The position numbers and the translations under genes were made by a program. This document shows positions 9,610 through 19,600 of a stretch of 64,000 bases of DNA, one piece after another (positions within the stretch are counted from its first letter, which is position 1; each line of letters starts with the position of its first letter). The notes beneath the pieces were generated by a model that was given only the letters and a program-made list of their open reading frames with translations, made no database searches and had not been told where the DNA came from. Source of the DNA: Ktedonobacteraceae bacterium (GTDB lineage: Bacteria > Chloroflexota > Ktedonobacteria > Ktedonobacterales > Ktedonobacteraceae); NCBI GenBank assembly GCA_035534255.1, contig DATLSI010000013.1:60-64059 (forward strand), written 5' to 3'.

Positions 9610-11088
9610 CTAGTAAACGATATTGAAAGTGACAATTTCATCACCGAAGTTGATGATATCGCCATCATTTAAGGGTACAGCTTGATTTGGTTGGATGCGC
9701 ATGTTATTGACCAATGTGCCATTGGCGCTCTGCATATCAGCAATGTACCAGCGATTGGTATCGAACCAGAATCGCGCGTGACGCCGCGAGACTGTGCGTC
9801 CTGAAATAATCAGGTCATTTCCGTTGGTACGTCCGATAGTCGTCACATCCTGGTGAAAGAGGTATGCGCGTCCACCAAGCTGGCCGTTCTGGAAGGTGAA
9901 GCGCGCTAGAATTGGCCGACCATTTGGCGCGAGTACGCGATCAGAAACCGCTTTTCGATCGGAGAGTTCATAACCACAGGACGTACAAAAGAGACGGTCG
10001 CTCTGGTTGGCCGAGCCGCAGCGAAAACAACTCACTGTAATCAAAGACGGTCTGCTCCCGCTCAAGCCGAGTGGCTGTGACTGTAACGGCTGCGATGACA
10101 GTGGCTGTGACTGCAACGGCTGCGATGGGTACAGAGGTCCCGATGCCGGCATCACAGAAGCAAATGGTGGTATTGGAGTGATAGGCGGCTGGATCGAGGG
10201 CTGCAAACCTGAACGCCAGCGTGGCAGGGAAAGATGCGATGCAATCAAGGCTGCCGTCAGGGCTTCAATAAGCGCGTCGGTTGTCTGGTAACGGTCAGAG
10301 GGCGCTTTGGCGGTCATCTTCAATACTACCTGCTCAATCGGCTGCGGCACGCCCATCTCGCGCATTTTCTCAACAGGCAAAGGCTCGTTCAAATGCTTCA
10401 CGGTGATGGATATGGGACTATCCGAAGTAAAAGGCACCTTGCCGGTCAGCGCGTGAAAAAGCACAATACCGAGCGAATAGATATCGCTGCGGCGATCCAC
10501 GGCCTGGCCGGTTCCTTGCTCGGGTGACATATACTGCGGCGTGCCGATGCCAGTACCCGCGCGTGTCAGGTTTGAGGTTCCTTCCAGGATTTTCGCGATG
10601 CCAAAGTCCGAAAGCAACAGGTGTCCATCTTTGCGCACCAGCATGTTGGCCGGCTTCACATCTCTATGCACGATACCATGTCCATGCGCGCACCCCAGCC
10701 CCTCAGCAGCCTGGATTACGAAATCTACAGCCTCGGCTACAGACACTGGACGCGTCTTCAGGCGATCTTTGAGCGTCCCACCATCAACGTACTCCATCAC
10801 AATGAAGGTGATCCCATCCTGCTCGCCAAATTCATGGATCGGGACAATATTGGCATGCTGGAGCTTGGCAACGGAGCGAGCTTCCTGCTGAAAACGCTTC
10901 AAGAAGATCGGATCGCGAGCGTGATAGGCGGGCAGTACTTTGACAGCAACGTATCTATCCAGGTTTGGTTGATAGGCCTTGAAGACCGTAGCCATCCCAC
11001 CTGAACCAATACGCTCGACGATACGAAACTGACCGAGCGATTTCCCAACCAGAGCATGTAGCTCATCTCCATTTGCCGATTGATCCAT
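9610..11088 (-). CDS. Ser/Thr protein kinase fused to zinc ribbon and C-terminal FHA domain
   Basis: Motifs GSGGMATV..AVK, HRDVKPAN, DFG and GTPQYMSPE. Zinc ribbon CFRCGSANQSDRLFCTSCG. FHA core TIGRTNGNDLII..VSRRHARF...SANGTLVN. Confidence 0.9.
   Translation of the reverse strand: MDQSANGDELHALVGKSLGQFRIVERIGSGGMATVFKAYQPNLDRYVAVKVLPAYHARDPIFLKRFQQEARSVAKLQHANIVPIHEFGEQDGITFIVMEYVDGGTLKDRLKTRPVSVAEAVDFVIQAAEGLGCAHGHGIVHRDVKPANMLVRKDGHLLLSDFGIAKILEGTSNLTRAGTGIGTPQYMSPEQGTGQAVDRRSDIYSLGIVLFHALTGKVPFTSDSPISITVKHLNEPLPVEKMREMGVPQPIEQVVLKMTAKAPSDRYQTTDALIEALTAALIASHLSLPRWRSGLQPSIQPPITPIPPFASVMPASGPLYPSQPLQSQPLSSQPLQSQPLGLSGSRPSLITVSCFRCGSANQSDRLFCTSCGYELSDRKAVSDRVLAPNGRPILARFTFQNGQLGGRAYLFHQDVTTIGRTNGNDLIISGRTVSRRHARFWFDTNRWYIADMQSANGTLVNNMRIQPNQAVPLNDGDIINFGDEIVTFNIVY
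10071..10130 (-). repeat. 15-bp tandem repeat x4 encoding (SQPLQ/SQPLS)n in the kinase linker
   Basis: gtggctgtgactgtaacggctgcgatgaca followed by gtggctgtgactgcaacggctgcgatgggt (26/30 identical). Each 30-mer is itself two related 15-mers. Confidence 0.85.
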
Positions 11089-11239
11089 GTTGAGACAAAC
11101 CCCTCTATTCCTGACCTGCTCCCTATTCGCCTCGTTTCCGGCACAAAGTCTCTCTAAAGTGTGAGGCAGGGCTAAATTTACTCCCTAGATTATACAGGTT
11201 GAGACTGCCCTTGTCGAGTAGAACTTTTCTCTACCTGGA

Positions 11240-12550
11240 TTATCCTTCTAACAGAAGTGACTCCGGGTCTTCAACCAGTTCCTTCACGCGCACAAGAAAC
11301 TGCACGGCTTCGCGACCATCCACGATGCGGTGATCGTAGGATACCGCGACATACATCATGGGGCGAATCACGATCTGACCATTGACCACCACGGGTCGTT
11401 GTTCGATCTTGTGCATCCCCAAAATGCCCACTTGCGGCGCGTTCAAGATAGGAGTTGACATCAACGAGCCAAACACACCACCGTTGGTTATCGTAAACGT
11501 GCCACCCTGTAGTTCCTCTAGTTTAAGCGTATTGTCCCTGGCGCGTTTTGCCAGTTCGGCAATTTCCCGCTCTATCTTGGCGAAACTCTTACGATCAGCG
11601 TCACGCAGCACAGGTACAACTAATCCTTCTTCCGCGCCCACCGCGATGCCGATATCGTAGTAATGTTTCAGGATCATGTCGTTTCCCTGAATTTCGGCAT
11701 TCAGACGCGGGAACGCCTTCAACGCGCCAACCACAGCCTTTGTAAAGAACGACATGAAGCCCAGCGACACGTTATGACGCTCTTTGAAGGCATTCTTGCG
11801 TCGGCTACGCACCTCCATTACCGCGCTCATATCGATCTCGTTGAACGTGGTGAGCATGGCAGCGTTGTGCTGTGCTTCCACCAGGCGCTGCGCGATGGTT
11901 TGACGACGACGTGACAGGCGCACGCGCTCCTCGCGCCCGCTCGCAGCCTGAGCCTGCAATTTCGGGGCAGGCGCAGGCGCAAACAACTGAGGGGCTACAG
12001 ATCGAGCTAGTGGCGCTGGTACCGCAGGCGCAGCGTTGGCGACCGGCGTTGTCTCACCGGCAGCGCCAGAAACCGCGGTATCAGACCGGGAAGACTGTTC
12101 AATGTAGCTCATGACATCTTCCCTGGTCACGCGACCATGCGGGCTATTCCCTTTAACCTGCGCAAGATCAACATTATTGTCAGCGGCAATACGACGCGCC
12201 AGGGGTGAAGCTGGATGATTCCCATCTGTAACCGTCTCAGGCACACCAGATGTCGCTTGAGCCGCAGTTACAGGTGGTTGTTGCGCGGACATCGAGACAG
12301 CTGCCTGCCTTGCCATCTTCCCGATCAAACCGATGATATCGCCTACCGCAACCTCATCACCCTCATTTTTCACGATCTTTTGCAACACACCGCTTTGTTC
12401 CGCGCTGACCTCAACATTGACCTTGTCGGTTTCGAGTTCAACCAGCGCGTCACCCGCATTAACGGTATCGCCTTCGTGCTTCAGCCAGCTGGCTATGACA
12501 GCATCAACAATTGATTCGCCCAACGGGGGGACACGTATCTCGATGGACAT
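11240..12550 (-). CDS. sucB: dihydrolipoyllysine-residue succinyltransferase (E2 of 2-oxoglutarate dehydrogenase)
   Basis: Lipoyl domain with ETDKV, Ala/Pro linkers, a peripheral subunit-binding segment ([15 protein letters not shown]), and catalytic DHRIVDG. Confidence 0.9.
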   Translation of the reverse strand: MSIEIRVPPLGESIVDAVIASWLKHEGDTVNAGDALVELETDKVNVEVSAEQSGVLQKIVKNEGDEVAVGDIIGLIGKMARQAAVSMSAQQPPVTAAQATSGVPETVTDGNHPASPLARRIAADNNVDLAQVKGNSPHGRVTREDVMSYIEQSSRSDTAVSGAAGETTPVANAAPAVPAPLARSVAPQLFAPAPAPKLQAQAASGREERVRLSRRRQTIAQRLVEAQHNAAMLTTFNEIDMSAVMEVRSRRKNAFKERHNVSLGFMSFFTKAVVGALKAFPRLNAEIQGNDMILKHYYDIGIAVGAEEGLVVPVLRDADRKSFAKIEREIAELAKRARDNTLKLEELQGGTFTITNGGVFGSLMSTPILNAPQVGILGMHKIEQRPVVVNGQIVIRPMMYVAVSYDHRIVDGREAVQFLVRVKELVEDPESLLLEG

Positions 12551-12627
12551 GTATTTTCCTACCTTTCGGAAAGTGTGATTGAGAGTCTATGGCTATAGGA
12601 AATGTTATAGCTCGGATAGGACCGTTC

Positions 12628-15441
12628 TCAAATGCTGCGAATCTTTGTCGACGTATGCAACGTCTGTTCGATGATCTGCTCCTGCTCAAGCTGGAAAAGG
12701 TCCGAAAAGCCGGTAGCAGGGCTTGAACGCGCGGGACGCGAAACATGTCCGAGTTTCATCTTTGATCCCAGCATGGCAGTCAAACGAGTACTCAGATAGG
12801 TCCACGCGCCCATGTTTTCAGGCTCTTCCTGCACCCAGAGCACTTCACTTGCATTGGGGTAATGTGCTAGCACCTGCCGCAACTCGTTTTCAGGGAACGG
12901 GTAGAGCATTTCGACACGCACAATTGCCACGTCGTCCGCTTGCGCGCGAGCGGCGTTGAAAAGCAGGTCGATAGCCACCTTGCCCGTGCAGAGCGCCACG
13001 CGCCTGACAGCGTCCGCGTGTTGGAGGGCATCACGATCGTTCAACACCGGATGGAAGGAATCTTCCGCCAGTTCGCGCAGGCTGGCAACCGCGAGTGGAT
13101 GGCGCAGCAGGCTCTTGGGCGTCATAACCACCAGCGGGCGCGGATAGCGTTCAAGGTAGAATGCCTGCAACCTCAAAAGGTGGTAGTACTGGGCCGCTGT
13201 TGAACAACTCGCCACGCGCCAGTTATCCTGCGCGCTTAATTCCAGGTAGCGTTCAAGTCGCGCGCTCGAATGTTCCGGCCCCTGTCCTTCATAGCCGTGG
13301 GGCAGCAGTAAGACCAGCGAGGAATATTGCTTCCACTTGGCGCGAGCTGACGCGATAAACTGGTCAATAATCACCTGGGCCACATTGGCGAAGTCACCGA
13401 ATTGCGCTTCCCATAGGGTCAGTACGTCGGGAGCATGCACGCTGTACCCGTATTCAAAGCCCAGTGACGCGCTTTCATTAAGCGGGCTATTAAAGATGGA
13501 AAAGTTCGCGTTAGCCTGTGGAAGGTGCTGTAATGGGATATACAATGCGCCTGTGTGCTGGTCGTGCAACACGGCATGTCGATGGCTGAACGTACCTCTT
13601 TCGCTGTCCTGACCGGTCAGGCGAATGGATGTGCCACCAGCCAGCAGCGAAGCAAAGGCCAGCGCCTCGGCCTGTCCCCAGTCGATGCCGCCCTCTGCCC
13701 CCATCGTTGTAGCGCGGCGCTGCAACAGGCGAGCCAACTTGGTGTTGGGTGAAAAGCCATCCGGCCGCCTCAATAGTTCATTATTATAGCTAAGCAGGGC
13801 ATCGGCTGATACAGGCTGCGGTAGTTCATGGCCCTCGTAATGCCCATTGACGCCATTGGTTTCATCCTGTTCCAGTGGCTTCAAACTCTCGTCAGCTTCG
13901 CGCCTGGCCTGTTCAAGCACCTGCAAAGCCCGTTGTTGCAACGCCTCAACATCTTGTGATGACAGGACGCCCTGTTCTTGCAGGCGCTGCGCGTAAAGTT
14001 CGCGCACGGTAGGATGCACGCGTATCACCTCGTACATCTGCGGCTGCGTAAAGGAGGGTTCATCGCCCTCGTTGTGTCCCCAACGCCGGTAGCCTACCAG
14101 GTCAACCAGCACATCTTTATGGAAGCTGTCTCGATAGGCGAAGGCCATGCGCACTGCCATCAGAGCCGCCTCAGGATCATCGGCATTGACATGAATGATG
14201 GGAATCTCGAAGCCCTTGGCGAGGTCGCTGGCAAAGTACGTCGAGCGGGAGTCACGCGGCTCCGTCGTGAAGCCAAGCTGGTTGTTCGCGATGATATGGA
14301 CAGACCCGCCAACTTTGTACCCCTGCAAATTCCACAGGTTCAAGGTTTCTGCCACGATGCCCTCGCCGGGGAAAGCCGCGTCACCATGAATTACAATAGG
14401 CAGCGTGCGATTGACATCCTGGCCAGGTCGGCCCGACTGAGTATATATCTCCTGCGAAGCGCGTGTCATACCCTCCACCACCGGATTGACGTATTCAAGG
14501 TGGCTCGGATTGGGCGACAGCGTAATTTTGAGGTCGATAAGCGCGCCTTCCTCTTCGTCAAGAACGTGTTCCGCGCCCAGGTGATATTTGACATCGCCGG
14601 TATAACCAAAGCCGAAGGTATCCGTCAGGGGAACACCTTCCTCGTGCTTCATATGCCGGAATTCGCTCAGGATATCCGCGTAAGGCTTCTGCAGCACGTG
14701 CGCCAGCACATTGAGGCGACCGCGATGCGCCATGCCAATGATGACCTCATGCGTCCCTTTCGCGACAGCGTTTTTGATAATCTCGTCGATCATCGGCACC
14801 AGCACATCGGTACCCTCCAGAGAGAAGCGCTTCTGGCCGGGAAAGGTGGTATGCAAGAACCGTTCAAATGCCTCGACCTGCGTCAGACGCTGCAAGAGTG
14901 TATAGCGTACATCCCATCCGGGCGCGAGGCGATATTGATGCAGGCCAACAGCATCGCGCAGCCAGCTTCTTTCTTCAGAGCTTTTCACCTGGTCAAACTC
15001 GTAGCTGATGGTTCCAGAGTACATCGCGCGCAGTGCGGTAATAGCTTCGAGCGCGTTGCGCGCACCTTCAGCCGAATGTCCGCCAATCACTTCCGGCGGC
15101 AGTTGCGCCAGATCCGCATCGCCAATACCGTGCGTCTCGGTCAATAAAGCCGGGTCTCCCAGTGGTTCGCTTCCCAGTGGATCGAGATGCGCTCCCAGGT
15201 GGCCGCGCGAACGTATGGCATGCGCGAGGTTAGTCGCTGCCACGATGGTAGATACCGGCGCGGCTGTCACTGGCGCAACTGCCACGACTGCCGGTGGCGA
15301 AGCTACAACAGATGTTGGTGACCAGGTATCGAAAATGGCACGCGTATCGGGGTCAATCGAAGCCGGGTTCTGGCGATAACGCTCATACAATTCGAGCACA
15401 TACCCGGCATTGGGTCCATAGAACGTATCTAAATCGTACAT
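12628..15441 (-). CDS. sucA: 2-oxoglutarate dehydrogenase E1 component
   Basis: 937 aa. The N-terminus FYGPNAGYVLELYERY is typical of OGDH E1. ThDP-binding region has HGDAAFPGEG. Lies immediately upstream of sucB. Confidence 0.92.
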   Translation of the reverse strand: MYDLDTFYGPNAGYVLELYERYRQNPASIDPDTRAIFDTWSPTSVVASPPAVVAVAPVTAAPVSTIVAATNLAHAIRSRGHLGAHLDPLGSEPLGDPALLTETHGIGDADLAQLPPEVIGGHSAEGARNALEAITALRAMYSGTISYEFDQVKSSEERSWLRDAVGLHQYRLAPGWDVRYTLLQRLTQVEAFERFLHTTFPGQKRFSLEGTDVLVPMIDEIIKNAVAKGTHEVIIGMAHRGRLNVLAHVLQKPYADILSEFRHMKHEEGVPLTDTFGFGYTGDVKYHLGAEHVLDEEEGALIDLKITLSPNPSHLEYVNPVVEGMTRASQEIYTQSGRPGQDVNRTLPIVIHGDAAFPGEGIVAETLNLWNLQGYKVGGSVHIIANNQLGFTTEPRDSRSTYFASDLAKGFEIPIIHVNADDPEAALMAVRMAFAYRDSFHKDVLVDLVGYRRWGHNEGDEPSFTQPQMYEVIRVHPTVRELYAQRLQEQGVLSSQDVEALQQRALQVLEQARREADESLKPLEQDETNGVNGHYEGHELPQPVSADALLSYNNELLRRPDGFSPNTKLARLLQRRATTMGAEGGIDWGQAEALAFASLLAGGTSIRLTGQDSERGTFSHRHAVLHDQHTGALYIPLQHLPQANANFSIFNSPLNESASLGFEYGYSVHAPDVLTLWEAQFGDFANVAQVIIDQFIASARAKWKQYSSLVLLLPHGYEGQGPEHSSARLERYLELSAQDNWRVASCSTAAQYYHLLRLQAFYLERYPRPLVVMTPKSLLRHPLAVASLRELAEDSFHPVLNDRDALQHADAVRRVALCTGKVAIDLLFNAARAQADDVAIVRVEMLYPFPENELRQVLAHYPNASEVLWVQEEPENMGAWTYLSTRLTAMLGSKMKLGHVSRPARSSPATGFSDLFQLEQEQIIEQTLHTSTKIRSI

Positions 15442-15631
15442 AGTCTATTAATGTTCCTTGAATATCCTTTGTGCTTTGAAAGAGAAAGCGTGTATACCTG
15501 TATTTTATCACCTGAGAGCGGTTTCAGAAAATCAGGGTTACACTAATCTCTTGCTTTCCCCACCTCCATACGCTAGATTCACCCCGGTTGAAACACAACC
15601 AGGCTCTTGCCACATATGATAAAATGGTAGA

Positions 15632-15905
15632 GCAGAAGCAATGAAGGAACAAGTAAGCCACCCGCACCTGTCAGAGAGAGTCCGTGTATGGTGCAAACGG
15701 ATACAGGAAGTGCGCTGAATATCACTCCTCAGCTTCCCGGTTGAAACAGTTAAAGCGTAGGCCGGGCCGGAACCTTTCCGTTACCATGAAGGATAATATC
15801 AAATGAGTGAGCTACTCTATCTTTTATGCTAGATAGCTAATCAGGGTGGTACCACGGGAGATTCTCTCGTCCCTTTATGACGAATATAGGCGACGAGATT
15901 TTTTT
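15632..15905 (+). promoter_or_regulatory. T-box riboswitch leader, Ile specifier (AUC)
   Basis: AG bulge AGAGAGAG (15673-15680) and distal loop TGGTGCAAA (15689-15697). Specifier loop GAAT-ATC-A with ATC at 15721-15723. T-box motif GGGTGGTACCACGGGA (15844-15859). A terminator follows. The 5' boundary is approximate. Confidence 0.85.
15865..15905 (+). terminator. intrinsic terminator of the T-box expression platform
   Basis: TCTCGTC (15865-15871) pairs with GACGAGA (15892-15898), followed by T7 (15899-15905). Confidence 0.8.
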
Positions 15906-15933
15906 GTAGTTTGTTTAGATCAGGAGCGGGCCA

Positions 15934-16653
15934 ATGAAGACGAAACTGCTCTACCACGAAAACAGTTTCACCTTTGAATGCAGCGCCAGAGTTGTCGCGA
16001 TTGAAAGTGATGAAATCGCACTCGACGCAACCGTATTTTATCCAGGCGGCGGTGGTCAGATGCCGGATCGCGGTATTTTGACGTGGGATAATCGCGGCCA
16101 GGAAGCCAGCGTGATCGCTTTGAACAAGCGTGATGATGTTGTCTGGCATACACTGGATCGCCTGCCGCCACCGGCTGGAACCGAGGTGGTATGCGCTATC
16201 GACTGGGATTTCCGCTACCAGATGATGCGCACACATACCGCATTGCATATCCTGTGCGGCATCATCTGGAAAGAATTTGGCGTCCAGGTAACTGGCGGGC
16301 AAATGTACCCGGATAAGGCTCGCATGGACTTCGCGATGGAAAACCTGAGCAAGGAACGCATTGCCTATATCGAAGAACGCGTGAACGATGCCATTGAGGC
16401 TGATTACCCGATTCGCGTCTATACGCTGCCTCGCGAAAAAGCCTTTGCTATTCCAGACCTGGTGCGTACCCGGATTAACCTGCTCCCAGCAGGCATCGAG
16501 GAGGTGCGCATTGTAGAAATCGTAGGGTTGGACTTACAGGCCGACGGCGGCACGCACGTGAACCATACAAAAGAAGTGCGCGGCATCAAGATAACAAAAA
16601 CCGAAAACAAAGGGAAAATCAACAAACGTATCGAGATCAGGCTTACGGATTGA
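15934..16653 (+). CDS. AlaX-like tRNA trans-editing protein (Thr/Ala-tRNA synthetase SAD domain, COG2872-like)
   Basis: HTALH (HxxxH) motif, and a DGGTH motif where AlaRS/AlaX have CGGTH. 239 aa. AGGAG lies before the ATG. A 10-nt gap containing GGAGG separates it from ileS. Confidence 0.8.
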   Translation: MKTKLLYHENSFTFECSARVVAIESDEIALDATVFYPGGGGQMPDRGILTWDNRGQEASVIALNKRDDVVWHTLDRLPPPAGTEVVCAIDWDFRYQMMRTHTALHILCGIIWKEFGVQVTGGQMYPDKARMDFAMENLSKERIAYIEERVNDAIEADYPIRVYTLPREKAFAIPDLVRTRINLLPAGIEEVRIVEIVGLDLQADGGTHVNHTKEVRGIKITKTENKGKINKRIEIRLTD

Positions 16654-16663
16654 GGAGGCCGAC

Positions 16664-19600
16664 GTGTCAGTGAAATCAAGCGTATTCAAACCGGTGACAG
16701 CAGCAGACCGGGTGGACTATCCGGCCCTTGAGAACGCTATCCAGCGCTGGTGGGATGAGCAGGGAATATTGCGTCAGTATACCCGGCGCAACGACCACAG
16801 CGATAAACAATTCTCGTTTCTGGATGGCCCCATTACCGCCAACAACCCCATGGGCGTGCATCACGCCTGGGGCCGCACTTATAAAGACCTGTACCAGCGT
16901 TTCAAGACCATGCAGGGCTTCAAACAGCGCTACCAGAACGGATTCGACTGCCAGGGTTTGTGGGTCGAAGTCGAAGTCGAAAAAGAGCTTGGCTTCACCT
17001 CCAAACTCGACATCGAGGCGTTCGGTATCGCGGAATTTGTGCAGTTGTGCAAAGAGCGCGTCTTCAAGTTTGCCAATCGCATGATCGAGCAGTCTGTCCG
17101 CCTGGGGTACTGGATGGACTGGGGCAACGACTACTACACGCTCTCGGACGAAAACAACTACACCATCTGGATGTTCTTGAAGAAATGCTATGAGCAGGGG
17201 CTGATCTACAAGGGCCATGATGTGATGACCTGGTGCCCGCGCTGCGCCACAGGCATCTCTAACATGGAAACGCTCTCCGAGGATTACCAGGAGAAAAAAC
17301 ACCTCAGTCTCTATGTGCGCTTTCCCCTGCAAGACCGCCCCCCGGGCGAGTACCTGCTGGTGTGGACGACCACACCCTGGACGCTGGCGGCCAATGTGGC
17401 GGCAGCCGTACATCCTGATCTCGCCTATGCAAAAGTGGAACAGGAGGGCGAGTTCTACTACCTCGCGGAAGAACTGTTGCCTGTATTGAAAGCCCTCAAG
17501 GGGCGCGACAAAGGCGACTTCCACGTGGTGGAGACGCTCAAGGGCAGCGACATGGTAGGCTGGCGATATAGCGGACCATTCGATGAACTCCCTGCTGAGC
17601 AAGGCGTTGAACACAAAGTCATCCCCTGGAAGGACGTAAGCGCCGCCGAAGGAACCGGTATCGTGCATATCGCTCCCGGCTGCGGTCGCGAAGACTTTGG
17701 ACTTGGCAAAGAGTTCAACCTGGCCGTCATCGCGCCCATCGATGAGTTTGGCGTCTATACCGGTGGCTACGACTGGCTGACAGGGAAAAGCGTCTCCGAT
17801 GTTCCAGAGGCGATAGCCGATAACCTGACACAAAAGGGGTTGCTCTATCGCGGGCAGATGTACGCACACCGCTACCCTGTTTGCTGGCGCTGCAAGACGG
17901 AACTGATCTTCCGCCTGGTGGACGAATGGTACATCTCAATGGAGCAACTGCGCTACGAGATCATGAACAGCGTGAAACAGGCCCGGTGGATACCATCGTT
18001 TGGCTTCGACCGCGAGATGGACTGGCTGCGCAACATGGAGGACTGGATGGTCTCCAAGAAACGCTACTGGGGACTGGCGCTGCCCATCTATGATTGCGAA
18101 CAGTGTGGCACATTCGAGGTCATCGGCAGTGAAAACGAACTGAAGGAGCGCGCAGTTTCGGGCTGGGAAGAGTTCGAGGGTCACACACCGCACCGGCCTT
18201 TTGTGGATGCGGTCAAAATACGCTGCAAAAGTTGCGGCGCGGTGGTTTCACGTATCAAAGATGTGGGCAACCCCTGGCTTGACGCGGGTATTGTGCCATT
18301 CTCGACGCTCAACTATCGCAGCAATCGCGAATACTGGCGGCAGTGGTTTCCGGCAGACTTCGTGACCGAGTCCTTCCCCGGCCAGTTCAAGAACTGGTTT
18401 TACTCGATGCTGGTTATGAGTACCGTGCTGGAGAAAACCTCGCCCTTCAAGACGCTTTTTGGCTATGGCACACTCCTGGGCGAGGATGGTACGCCCATGC
18501 ACAAGTCGAAGGGCAACCTGGTAGTTTTCGATGACGCCGCCGAGCGCGTAGGAGCCGATACCATGCGCTGGCTCTTCTCAAATCACGTGCCCGAACAAAA
18601 TCTCAACTTCCCGCGCATCCCTACAGATGAGGATATGGAGAAGGCGGCACAGACAGGGGTGCCGGTGCGCCTGAGCGAAAAGTGGATGCTGGTGCGCAGA
18701 GCGCTCAACAAAATCTGGAATGTCTACGGATTCCTGGTAACGTATGCTAATATCGACGGCTTTGATCCGACGCGCTATAGCATGCCAGCAGCGCAGCGCA
18801 GCGAACTGGATCGCTGGATCCTCTCCGAGCTGCAACAGACCATTCGCGCCGTCACCGAGGGGCTGGAGCAGTACGACAGTGCAAAGCCGTCGGCTGTCAT
18901 GCAGGATTTTCTGGAAGACCTGTCAAACTGGTACCTGCGGCGCAGTCGCGAGCGTTTCTGGAAAACCGGCACGGACAACGACAAGATCGCGGCGTACTTG
19001 ACGCTCTACGAATGTCTGACGACGCTTGTTACCCTGCTCGCTCCGTTCTTGCCTTTCGTCACCGAGGAACTCTACCAGAACCTCGTGCGCAGCGTCGATC
19101 CGCAGGCTGCGGCCAGCGTCCACCTGCGCGATTGGCCGCAAGTCAACGAGGAGCTGATTGATGAAGCGCTGACCCGCGAAACGCACCTGGTGATGCGCGT
19201 CGTGGGGCTGGGACATTCAGCACGCGAGAAAGCACAAATCAAGGTGCGCCAGCCACTGAACGCGCTCTACGTGCGTGCCGCGCATGCCGGCGAAGAAGAG
19301 GCGTTGCAGCGTCTGCAAGGTCAGGTGCTTGAAGAACTGAATATCAAGCAACTGCGCTTGATGAGCGATGATAGCGATATGCTGGCCTACACACTCAAAC
19401 CCCAGGTGAGGGTACTTGGACCGAAATACGGTCCACTGGTACAGAAGATCCTGGTGAAATTCAAAGCGCTGGACGCGCATGGAGCGCTACAGGCCGCCAG
19501 AACGCTGGCGGAAAACGGTTCGTTGCAATTCACACTCGAAGGACAACAGATCGAGCTGACAAAAGACGAGGTCGAAGTCATCGCCAGCGCCCGGCCCGGT

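Noticed and set aside
13978-15147. 389-aa plus-strand ORF
   Set aside because: It is antisense to sucA, whose frame carries full-length OGDH E1 motifs. The ORF product is rich in Arg, His, Gln and Ala with no motifs, as expected for an antisense frame in GC-rich coding DNA.
15717-15723. Reading the specifier as UAU (Tyr) directly after GAA
   Set aside because: The specifier codon is normally followed by a conserved purine. AUC-A satisfies this while UAU-C does not. The regulated operon also contains ileS.
15841-16302. 153-aa minus-strand ORF overlapping the T-box terminator and the alaX-like gene
   Set aside because: It overlaps a well-supported riboswitch element and a motif-bearing CDS on the other strand.
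16676-17869. 397-aa minus-strand ORF
   Set aside because: It is antisense to ileS and has no recognisable domain. The ileS frame is unambiguous.
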